NCBI GenBank assembly: GCA_951406725.2 | Contig: OX597817.1 | Coordinates: forward strand, 75,764,001 to 75,828,000 | Length of the DNA stretch: 64,000 nucleotides | Source: Octopus vulgaris | Taxonomy: Eukaryota | Direction: 5' to 3' | In this document: one piece after another, positions 52,960 to 64,000 of the stretch | Layout: each line of letters begins with the position of its first letter | Position numbering within the stretch: the first letter of the stretch is position 1 | Notes under the pieces: generated by a model | What the model was told of the DNA's origin: nothing | Seen by the model: the letters and a program-made list of their open reading frames with translations, nothing else | Database searches by the model: none | Position numbers and translations under genes: made by a program

Positions 52960-53670
52960 GCGACGGCTAAAACAAAAGAACATCGTGCTTCCATGAAATT
53001 CTGCTTTCTGCTGGGGAAAACGGCAGCTGAAACAGTTGTCATTCTTCAAACAGCTTACAAGTTTACGAATGGTTTTCATGCCTTAGGAATAGTCGCTTGC
53101 GGACCAGCTTCGTTCAAGGCGAATGTCGACCTATCGAACGAATGAAAACTCATAAAAATATCACGGAAATTCATGAGTTTATCTTAGAGGACCGTCACCG
53201 AACAATTAACGATTTTGTTGATATGAATAGTGTGTCCTGGTGCTCTTGCCAACGAATTTTGAGCGAGAAATTGTGAATGAAAAAAGTTGCAGCAAAATTT
53301 GTGCCTTGCTTGCTGATGGAAGATCAAAAGCAGTAACGATTTAATGCTTCTCGTGAACTGAAAGAAGAGTTGGAAATTGATCCAGACCATTTTTCGAAGA
53401 TCATCACTGGTGACGAAATCTGGTGCTATGGAATTTGTAGATGTGGAAGAGGTGACAAAAAATGATTGAGTCATTAAAAGAGTGCCAGCACTGCTTCGTA
53501 AGAGTTCCAGCGCTGTGTCACTAGAGTTCCAGGACTGTCGAAAACGCGTCTGCACCGATGCATCGCTTCAAATGGAGAATACTTTGAAATCGATGAAAGT
53601 GTAAACATGTAAAACTAAGTGTATAAAATAGCATTGCAAAATTCCAGTTACTTTCGGGCACACCCTCGTA
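52960..53670 (+). mobile_element. Internally deleted mariner transposase relic with 3' TIR
   Basis: MKFCFLLGKTAAET, MKKVAAKFVPCLL, IITGDEIWCYG, RCIASNGEYFE. TIR ...gggcacaccctcg|ta, with a second diverged copy at 53694-53725. Confidence 0.85.
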
Positions 53671-54289
53671 TATTTAAAAAAAAATAAATTGCTAAATTCC
53701 GGTCTGTTTTCGGTACACCCACGTATATTGCATTTCAAATGATCCTAAAATATTATTCACGATCTCATTGCATGCACTGTTATGCAAATTGATCGGATGT
53801 ATTTGATTGTATTCGAGTATGTATGCACTAAAAGTAATCATAAGCTATTACGGGTTGAAGATGGGTATTCTTCTACTGCTGAAAGTTTAAGAACTACAGA
53901 AAGGAGTCTCGTGACTCCTGCTCTTTATGTCTATGGAGAAATAAGAAAATAACCAATGATGTAATCATTATTATTTTCCTACAACGAGGCTAAAAATTAT
54001 ATATTTGTCAAATCAAGTTTACACTACATTTCACTTCAAGTGAATGTCTCATATAAAATTAAATCGATAAAAATTCTACATTCAGCTACTTCAAACCCTA
54101 CATCTCCTCTATCCAAATCATACATTTACATGTTTAGCCATTATCACTGTTTTACTTAGTGGCGTTATTAAGCGCTTACGTAATAGTGTGAGCAATCTGT
54201 TGTTTTCCGGTAAGGAAACAAAGCTGATTTGTATTGTACAAATTCAGTAATTAAAACCATGTAAATATCTTTTATCTATCTGGCGTTCA

Positions 54290-55068
54290 TCTTTCACTTG
54301 TTTTAGTCCTTAGGCTATGGCCATACTTGGGCACCACTCTGAAGAATTTTAGTTGAACGAATCGACCCTAGTACTTATTTGTTTTAGACTGGTACCAATT
54401 CTATCGGAATCTTTTGCCGAACCGCTTATTTACAGGGTCGTAAATACAATATTGGTTGCCAAGTGGTGGTGGTGGTTGGGACAAACACAGGCACATAGAT
54501 ACACACGCACGTACGCGCACGCACACACACACTGCACACAGACACACGCACTCACGCACACACACACGAGACGAGTTCCTTTCTTGGTCGGCCCGAGAAT
54601 ATAATGGGAGACACTTGCCTAAGGTGCTACACAGTAGGACTGAACTCTGGACCATGTAGTTGGAAAGCAAATTTTTACCACACAGCCACACTTGCGCCCA
54701 TATAATCTTTTCTTTCGTATTCTAGGCACAAGACCCGAAATTTTGGGGGAGGGACCAGTCGATTAGATCGACCCCAGTACGAAAGGATTAAAGGCAAAGT
54801 CGACCTCGACGGAGTTTGAGCTCAGAACACAAAGACAGACGAAATACCTATTTCCTTACTGCCCACAAGGGGCTACACACAAAGAAGACAAACAAGGACA
54901 GACAAACGGATTAAGTCGATTATATCGACTCCAGCGCGTAACTGGTACTTATTTAATCGACCCCGAAAGGATGAAAGGCAAAGTCGAACTCGGCGGAATT
55001 TGAACTCAGAACGTAACGGCAGACGAAATATCGCTAAGCATTTCGCCCGGCGTGCCAGCTCGCCGTCT
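54290..55068 (-). mobile_element. SINE B (~54290-54700) followed by dimeric SINE A (~54715-55068)
   Basis: Similarity to other copies in the window. Confidence 0.85.
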
Positions 55069-55755
55069 TAATTTGCACCCATATATTACACGAAGTTACT
55101 GTCCATCAAATACACTAATGAGGCAATTTCCTGCTCGGAGCTACTGTAGATAACACTTGCGCAATGCCGAAGCACTGGGACTGAACAAAACGACATGAAG
55201 CTACGAAGCAAACCTTTAAACCACTCCACCATGCATTTTCCTCTATTTTACAAAAAAGGGAGAATATATAGCCAGTTTTATTTGACATTATCATGAATCC
55301 ATACTCTCACCACCATATCATTGGAACTTTTTTATTTTCTGTCTTCCGAAATATCTTTCCTACAGGTTGTGCATTCTAGTTTACAATTAGTTGGTATCAT
55401 GAAGAGATTTTCTGATAGCTGCTTTTGACGTAGGTCACGTCTACAGTGTTCATACTATACGGAATCTACGTCAGTTGACACATCTAGGCGTTTTGTACTG
55501 AAATCCTCTTACTTTTGTAGCATCAGGTGTTTTCTTGCTGTTTCTGTTCTCGAGTTACAAAGTGTGTGCTAATGTAACGCTTGTTGGTCCAACTAATCTG
55601 TGAATGTACATATGTGAATGCCGCTTTCATTTTTTTCTCTTTGTCGATGTACATCTGTCTGTCTGCCTGTCTGTCTGTCTGTCTGTCTATGTCTACATGT
55701 CTGCCTGCCTGCCTGCCTGCCTGTCTGTCTCTGGTTAGCTAGTCACCTATCTCTT

Positions 55756-55897
<142 letters not shown>

Positions 55898-56025
55898 TAT
55901 GTATGTAAATACATACAAAACAATTGAATATATACGTATATTGGTGGATGCAAATTTCAGGAGCGGAACGCTACTACCCAGGATTAAATTGATTAGCATA
56001 ATTTATGTATGCATATATATGCACA

Positions 56026-56115
<90 letters not shown>

Positions 56116-56955
56116 TGTATAATGTGTTTGGTTATCATTCTGTTAATATAGGTAATTGCGTGTGTCTCAGTACCCGCAGATATCTTTTCTTCAGAAGAGC
56201 AACATACTTTTCAACTGAAAAGATATATATTTTTCATTCTCCGGAAGATAAAACATTTATTTTACACAGATAACTCCAACCGAATCTAAAAAAATGTCAA
56301 ACACAATTCGTAATGCACACTTTTCCTCGATGCATTACAAATAGCTTGTTGAATCGATAACAGTTCATAATTGGTATGTATTGGTACTGGCACATGAAAG
56401 GAAAACAGATGAACATGAGATACAAACTAAAGTATAAGGGGGAAACGTAGTGAGATAAAGACAAACCGTAAGCTATATAATTTGGGAACTTACTGTTTTG
56501 TTACTCTACGGGCCTCAATTCTAAGAAAGCAGTATAAAATGATTGTTATTAAAAGAAATTCAGAGCCTGAAATATGGGAAGGTGTTGTTAGCTGGTTAAA
56601 ACGGCCCCAGTATTTTTTATTTATCGACCTCATCAGTAGGAAAGACATGACTGACATTCTGAAGATTTGAACTGTTTCATCAACTATTTCAAAATCTTAA
56701 ATCATATCCACTGACCTCTAATGGTTCTGCCAGTTCTCCAGCGCAGACACTATAAAATATTGATTACATACACACACGCGCGCACGCAGACTAGAACACA
56801 CACATACACACATACCACACACCACACACAAACGCACACATGCACATATACATATGCACACATATATGTACCTGATTAATAACGACATACATGAATTTAT
56901 ATGGAATTCTAAGAAAAGGTTAACTTTAGCGCTACCATATATACAATATATATTG

Positions 56956-57021
<66 letters not shown>

Positions 57022-57771
57022 CATATACAAACAATATTTATTACACACACATACACAAAGAATAAATATATATATATATATATATACACACAATATATAT
57101 ATATTGTATTTTTATACGTCTATATAAATGTCTCTCCCTATATATATATGTACATATATGAATGCATAAATACACATCTCACGTAAGAAAAAAGCACATA
57201 TATACCTCTTAGTGTTTATGTTTGAGTGCACGCGCGCGCGTGTGTATGTGTGTGTGTGTGTTAGGGAGAAAGCATTCTTGTGTTGTAATCTACTGCTTTT
57301 AATTTTTGATTTTTATCCTATTCTCTTAATGTTTCTGTACGTTCAGTTCGTAACAATGACGTTCTTATGTACATTGACATTTTCCGTCTCACGTTTCCTC
57401 ACGATACAAGAGGTAGATGGCAACTACTTGACACCAACTCGACGTATTCTGAAGATGCGGTTGCAAAGAGCTCGGGAAGTTAATGTAATTAATTAATGAA
57501 CGTTACTAATAAACCACACACGCACACGCACACTGTAGGAGATAGACAAGAAAGTGAGATATTTATGAAGATAAGTTTGAAGTCGAACAAAGTCGTGTTT
57601 TTAGTATGAGATGTTTGAGAGAAAAGCAATTAAACATGCTTTACATGCATACAAGCAGCACATTACATATATATGTATTCACATACGCGCACGCATACAC
57701 ATGCCTACACACATAAATATCTTAGCCTTGCCTATTTAGCTTTAAGATATATATATATATATATATATGAA

Positions 57772-57853
<82 letters not shown>

Positions 57854-57887
57854 TGTATGTGTGTGTGTGGTGTGCATGTATGTGTGC

Positions 57888-57920
<33 letters not shown>

Positions 57921-57947
57921 CGTTTAAATATGACCATTCCGAAATAT

Positions 57948-57997
<50 letters not shown>

Positions 57998-57998
<1 letters not shown>

Positions 57999-58187
57999 GT
58001 TAATCCAAACATGAAAACACAACAACGCGTGGACGTGGAACAAGTATAGTGTTATTGGACGCTCAAGAAAGGAAAGAAAGAAGGACGATTTAATGTTTCT
58101 AGTGGAGCTCTTTGTCAGGAAGATAGAAAAAGGAAAGGTCGAAGGAAGTTGAAAACGGAGAAAGAAAATCGCCAACGACACACGCGG

Positions 58188-58190
<3 letters not shown>
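57998..58190 (-). mobile_element. Family H2 repeat with a decayed hammerhead (58088-58118), between TA tracts
   Basis: rc: CTGACAA-a-GAGC tcc ACTA-GAAA-ca-TT-aaat. Confidence 0.75.
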
Positions 58191-58228
<38 letters not shown>

Positions 58229-58613
58229 TTTATGTAAACACGCACGTAAATACACTATATAAAATACAGGTAGGCCGGTCGAATAGTAGGGATACATGCG
58301 TGTGTATGCATGTGTGTGTGTGTGTGTGTGTGTGTGCGTGAGTTTGTCCGTGTGTCTAAGTGTGGGCGAATTGACAGTCGCAAGATGGATAGAAAAAAAT
58401 GTATCGTGGTATCCGTGTCGACTTCCTGCATATCTAGGTTCAAATGCAGGTGAAAGCAGTGGGCTGGTAATACTATTAGAATGTTGAACAGAATTATTAG
58501 TTCTGGATCAACGCATTTTAAGATCACATCTAATGCTGTTACCAAAGAAACACTTCTGGTAGGAATTGTGATCAAGTTTCTCTCGCTCGATCGGAAGATC
58601 CAAGTTCTACACA

Positions 58614-58660
<47 letters not shown>

Positions 58661-58844
58661 ACACACACGCGCGCATACACTAAGTTCCTAGGCTGACTAT
58701 AAAGGAGTGATACAAGAGCTGTGAAATCTTGTATGCATTAATTTCAAATCTTAATGATATCCGCATTGTCTTTTTCTTCACAGATAAACTGACATCTGAT
58801 CGTTCAAAGAAGGCTTAAAAAGTAACTAGTAGCGACTTCTCTTG

Positions 58845-59955
58845 AAAATGGACATAGTTTGGCACCATGGTATTATTAAGTACTTGCAGAAAAACGGTTT
58901 AGCCTCAAAGGACATTCGTGCTGACTAGAACGGTTGTTACATTAGAGGATAACACTCCAGTTTTATTAACAGTGCAAAAGTGAGCAGCGTGGAGGCGCGT
59001 GGCTTAGTGGTTAGGGTGTCAGCATCATGATCGTAAGATTGTGGTTTCGATTCTTGGACCGGGCGACGCATTGTGTTCTTGAGCAAAACACTTCCTTTCA
59101 CGTTGCTCCAGTCCAGTAACGCTGCGATGGACCGGCGTTCCGTCCAGCTGGGGAACACATACGCCATTGAAACCGGGAAACTGGGCCCATGAGTCTGGCT
59201 AGACTTTAAAAGGGCGCATTTATTATTTTTTATATATTTAAAAGTGAGCAGCTGAATTTACGAGGGGAAGGAGAGTCTTGAAGATCGTTCAAAGTCTGGA
59301 CGTCCTACAACTGCCACCACCAAAGGAAACATTGACTGTGTTCCCCAAGTTTGAAAATTGGCGATTGACTATAAATCAAATAGCCAAAGCTATTAATATA
59401 TCCCGTGAGAGAGGTTCGAATATTCTGCAAGATGAACTTGGCATGACGGATTTTCTGCTCGGTTGATACTATGTCTTCTGACACTTGATCACCAGGCTGA
59501 TCACATAACGGGAAAATTTGATATCGTTTGAAGTAGATCCAGCTGGTTTTCTTGAACGTTTCATAATCCGAGATGAGTGTTGGCTTCTTCACTTTGATCC
59601 ACAGACAAAGAGACAATTCATGCAGTGGCAACATCCCCTCCTCAACTGCTGCATAAGAGAGGCAAGGTCGTTTATTCTGTAAGGAAGGTGGTAGCTTCAG
59701 TTTTATGGGATGCAAAAGGCATTGTGTTTATATTCTCTTTTCAAAAGTACTATACCAACTTGCTGAGGCAGTTACAAAAGGCTATCAACACTAAACGCTC
59801 AGGAAAACTGTCGAAAGGAGCCTTGTTCTACCAGAACAATGCTTCAGGAAACAAGTCCTTGGTTTCAATGGCTGCTGTGTGTGACTGTGTTTTTGAACTG
59901 GTTGATCAACATCCTTTTTCTCCTTATTTGGCCCCATCATTTGATCACTTTTTAT
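58845..59955 (+). mobile_element. Mariner transposase relic interrupted by a SINE
   Basis: IIKYLQKNGL, SGRPTTAT, DECWLL, KVVASVLWDAKGIVFI, FYQNNA, HPFSPYLAPSFDH. Confidence 0.85.
58989..59239 (+). mobile_element. tRNA-derived SINE with a perfect 13-bp TSD
   Basis: A box tggcttagtgg, B box ggtttcgattc. TSD aaaagtgagcagc at 58976-58988 and 59240-59252. Confidence 0.93.
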
Positions 59956-60494
59956 GAGAATATCGTTGTCAGCCTATTAAGTTTTCCTCCGACTCTCGTG
60001 TGTGTGTGTGTGTGTGTATGTGTGTGTGTGTGTGTGCGTGTGTGTGTATCTGTGAAGTTACGAATGCGTGTATATTTTATATGTGTATGCGTATATATAT
60101 ACATGTATGTATACATATATGTGTGTGTTTGTGTGTGTGTTTGTGTGCGTATGTGTGTGCTTGTGTGTGTGTTTGTGTGCGTATGTGTGTGTGTGCAAGA
60201 CTCAAGTATTTAGCCTGAACGGATTTGCTGGAACACACGCGCGAAAACGAACTCTATACAAAAGACTATATAACTGCCATACATGAAACCCTTGGTCACT
60301 AAGTTTCTTGCATAACCTTTCAGCCAAGTATGCTCCTATGTATGCAGTACTCTCCTCCTCCTCCTCCTCCTCCTCCTCCTCCTCCTCCTCCTCCTCCTCC
60401 TCCTCCTCCTTATTTAACTATATCTCCGCATTTATCTCCGTCTCTCATCCTGTCTTCCTGTCTGTCTGTCTCTCTATGCACACATATACATGTA

Positions 60495-60619
60495 AAACTT
60501 TTACAAGATGAATTGTGACATTGACTTCGTAGTTTCGGCTTGCCAGCGTTCGTCAGAGGATCTGAGGAAATTTCGATTGAAACTTCGATATTTCTTCACC
60601 TCAATTCTTGTAAAAGTTT
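60495..60619. other. Fold-back element with two divergent hammerhead-like cores on opposite strands
   Basis: Minus 60523-60556: CTGACGA-a-cGCT ggca AGCc-GAAA-CT acga AG-TC. Plus 60562-60590: CTGAGGA-AAT ttcg ATT-GAAA-cttcga-TA. Outer IR aaacttttacaag / cttgtaaaagttt. Confidence 0.55.
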
Positions 60620-60781
60620 AATAAAAATGTACTTTACCAAAAAGTATTGAGTCGTCTCTCTGTTTAATGTGAAATTACTTTCGTAATTTGACATAAAAAT
60701 AAACATTATCTATCCATCTATACAAATATACTTGTAGATTTCCACATATTAACATATACTAATACTTTTATGCATTCACGT

Positions 60782-61210
60782 ATACATACATACATACATA
60801 CATACATACATACATACATACATACATACATACATACATACATACATACATACATACATACATACATACATACATACATACATACATACATACATACATA
60901 CATACATACATACATACATACATACATACATACATACATACATACATACATACATACATACATACATACATACATACATACATACATACATACATACATA
61001 CATACATACATACATACATACATACATACATACATACATACATACATACATACATACATACATACATACATACATACATACATACATACATACATACATA
61101 CATACATACATACATACATACATACATACATACATACATACATACATACATACATACATACATACATACATACATACATACATACATACATACATACATA
61201 CATACATACA

Positions 61211-61240
<30 letters not shown>
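60782..61240. repeat. Perfect (CATA)n microsatellite, ~115 units
   Basis: Direct reading. Confidence 0.97.
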
Positions 61241-61246
<6 letters not shown>

Positions 61247-61287
61247 TATATGTATGTATTTACATACGTCTGTATGTGTATTAGATG

Positions 61288-61587
61288 TTTGTTCCTTCTC
61301 GAGCCACGCCTGGCTCATAAGGGCCGGTTTCCAGGTTTCTTTGGCGTATAGGTTCCCCACCTGGACGGGACACCGGTTCGTTGTAGGTGAAATGCAAGAT
61401 GCAGGAAGAAAGAGTGAAAGAAATTTGTGGCGAAAGAGTCAGCAGAAGTTCGCCATTACCTTCTGCCGGAGCCGCGTGGAGCTTAGGTGTTCAGCTCATA
61501 AACACTCACATGCCCGGTCCGAGTTTCGAACCCGCGATTCCTCGACCGCGAGTCCGCTGCTCTAACCACTAGGCCATGTGCCTCCAC
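61288..61587 (-). mobile_element. tRNA-derived SINE related to 58989-59239
   Basis: rc head gtggaggcacatggcctagtggttagagcagcggactcgcggtcg...gggttcgaaactc. Tail cccgtccaggtggggaacctatacgcc resembles 59135-59190. Confidence 0.88.
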
Positions 61588-61800
61588 TGTATTAAATGAT
61601 CTGTTCGTCATTAAAAGATTAGACAGGTGTTGGTGCGTATAAATTGCGAAAGAGGGAACTTAAAAGAAAAGTTATAAACTTTATTTACAACAGAATTTCA
61701 CACATTTGCAGTTTCAATATTTTGAATTACAGAAGCCTTTCACCGAGAAACTTAAGCAGCAAACCCTGAGACAGTTTGCCAACTGACTGTGTATTTGTGC

Positions 61801-61873
<73 letters not shown>

Positions 61874-63930
61874 ATACACATATATATATACTTATAGATG
61901 TATTTATGTTTACATACATACATATATATATATACTTATAAATATATTTATGTATACATACATACATATATACATATATATATATGTATATATCTATATA
62001 TATGAATATATATATGCATATATTTATGTTTATATATATGTGTATGTATTATATCTTTATGTATTAGTATATAAATGAATACATTTATATGCATATATTA
62101 TGAATGTGTCATAGTATGGCATATATATATGTGTGTGTACATATATGTATATGTGTATGTATATATCTATGTATATATGACATATATATATATGCATATA
62201 TCTATGCATATATATATATATAATATGTATAATGTATATACATATATATACACACGGATACATATATTCGCTTCTGTGTGTGTGTGGTTGAGTATATAAA
62301 TATAATATAATATATATATAATATAATATATATATATATATACATATGTATGTATATATGCACATATATAAGCTCTATGATATTATATGCATGCAGAAAC
62401 ACGCATAATTATATAGAAATTGTTCAGAATGGCTTTGGCTTCATGCATAATGAAATATATTTGCTATGTACATACACACATAACCGCACATTATCAAGTA
62501 ACCACATGACCACACAATCCACCGGTACCATCTCACACATGTAAGTATAGTGACCAGCACATTTCGTTAGGATTGTAATAGCATACTTTCACTTTCCTTT
62601 ATCTAAGTATGTTACGCATTTCGGAAAGGTATGAATGCCACACGTTCACATCAATCATTTACACGTCCGACAAACAATATTCCATGTACCATTTTTTTAA
62701 TAACTCATCAAATCACCCCCTCCCCGCCCGCCCACAAAAGCAACTACAGTAGTTATTAAAGCAATCACAGCTGTGACAGACAAATGGGTAAACGATTCAG
62801 AAGTCTGCTTCGCAGTTAAGTGGCTCTCGGTTCGATTCTGCTGCACAGTATCTGGTCAGTAAAATTATGTCAACTGAGGCTATTTGAAAACCTTTCGAAC
62901 TGTATTGATTTTCGGCTCCTTATCCGTGGCTCGGCCTCGTTCGATAGTTTTTAGTATAGTCCACACTGTTATATGTGTTTTGCCCAGATTTCCCGCCTAA
63001 GGATTACCCGATATTTCCCAAAGGTGCATCATACTGTAATAACCGAAGTGTTAGTATTTCCCCCACCCCTCACACTCCCCAGTCTTGGGAGGACCTGGAA
63101 GTGTCATGTCACACTTCCTACCTTCGACTAAACCATGAAAAAAACAAACACCCACCATACAACATTGACGATAACAACTTCACTGAAAACAACAATAATA
63201 ATAATAATCAATACCTTTTATGGTGATAATAATAGCAGTTCTTATCTTTTTTCTCTCATGCCAGAAAGTAAATATTTAAATATTTATAAAAAATAACCAA
63301 GTACTTGAAGTGAAAATAGGAAATTTTAAAAATCTTACCTGCATTCTTAGGCTATTCCTATTTCTGTAATTTTTGTTGTTGCTGTTGCTCAAGAAAGACG
63401 ATAATAATAATAAATACTTTTTTTTTAAACCTTTTCCCTTGAAGTCACTTTTGTGTTTTATTCCTCGCAAAAAAAAAGTAGTTTTGTTGGAGTTAAGAAG
63501 TTCCAAAATGTTTGCTTGTTTTGTGAAAGCAACAGCGAGAAAAGCTGTTAAGTACCGTCTGTCACAGAACCAAACTCTTCCTTTCCACTAAATCTCTTTT
63601 CGTTATCTATTTATCTATACCTATCTACCGAAACCAATATATCATTCTATTCATCAATGTTACCTACGGGACATTGTGTCTTATTTCAAGCTTTATCTTA
63701 TCATTCTATATTCTTCAATATTATTTATATTATTATTTATTATTTATTTTTCTTTCCTTTTTAGATATTACCGGTCACAGAATCACTGATTTACATTTAT
63801 AAAGGAAAGAAGTACCTAGCGAAGTTGGTAGTGGTTGTGGAGTTGGTGTTTGTTATGGAGGCGGTGGTGGTTGTCTTTGTAACGATATCAGTCACAGGAA
63901 TTTTTGGGATTAAAATCAATACGATGATGT

Positions 63931-63966
<36 letters not shown>

Positions 63967-64000
63967 AGTGTAGTAGTAGTAGTAGTAGTGGTGATGGTGG

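Noticed and set aside
55330-55440. Possible host exon after a pyrimidine tract ending in cctacag
   Set aside because: No convincing open frame or donor site. It cannot be supported without transcript data.
58989-59065. tRNA genes here and at 7752-7825 and 61510-61587
   Set aside because: A and B boxes continue into SINE bodies, one copy has a TSD, and there is no complete cloverleaf.

Overview
This is AT-rich, repeat-saturated eukaryotic non-coding DNA. The SINE, LINE and microsatellite repertoire strongly suggests an octopus (coleoid cephalopod) genome; this is recognised from memory, not from a search. No host protein-coding exon can be supported, and almost all ORF-track entries are microsatellite artefacts. 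The window holds three or four tRNA-derived SINE families in many copies, decayed LINEs (RTE-BovB with TSD, RTE-X, several Dong/R4 next to (TAA)n, a HERO-like element, CR1/Zenon), Tc1, mariner and DD41D transposase relics, pogo-, hAT- and TA-type MITEs, and Helitron-like repeats. The unexplained signal is about a dozen type I hammerhead-ribozyme-like motifs from several unrelated short non-coding elements, mostly embedded in (TA)n tracts. Three look complete (2543-2617, 30601-30688, 52347-52445), with unusually long helix II and a palindromic helix III. Several hosts carry Penelope-style inverted copies of the sequence downstream of the cleavage site. One locus has two hammerhead cores back-to-back on opposite strands. 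All folds were read by eye, and boundaries of degraded elements are approximate.
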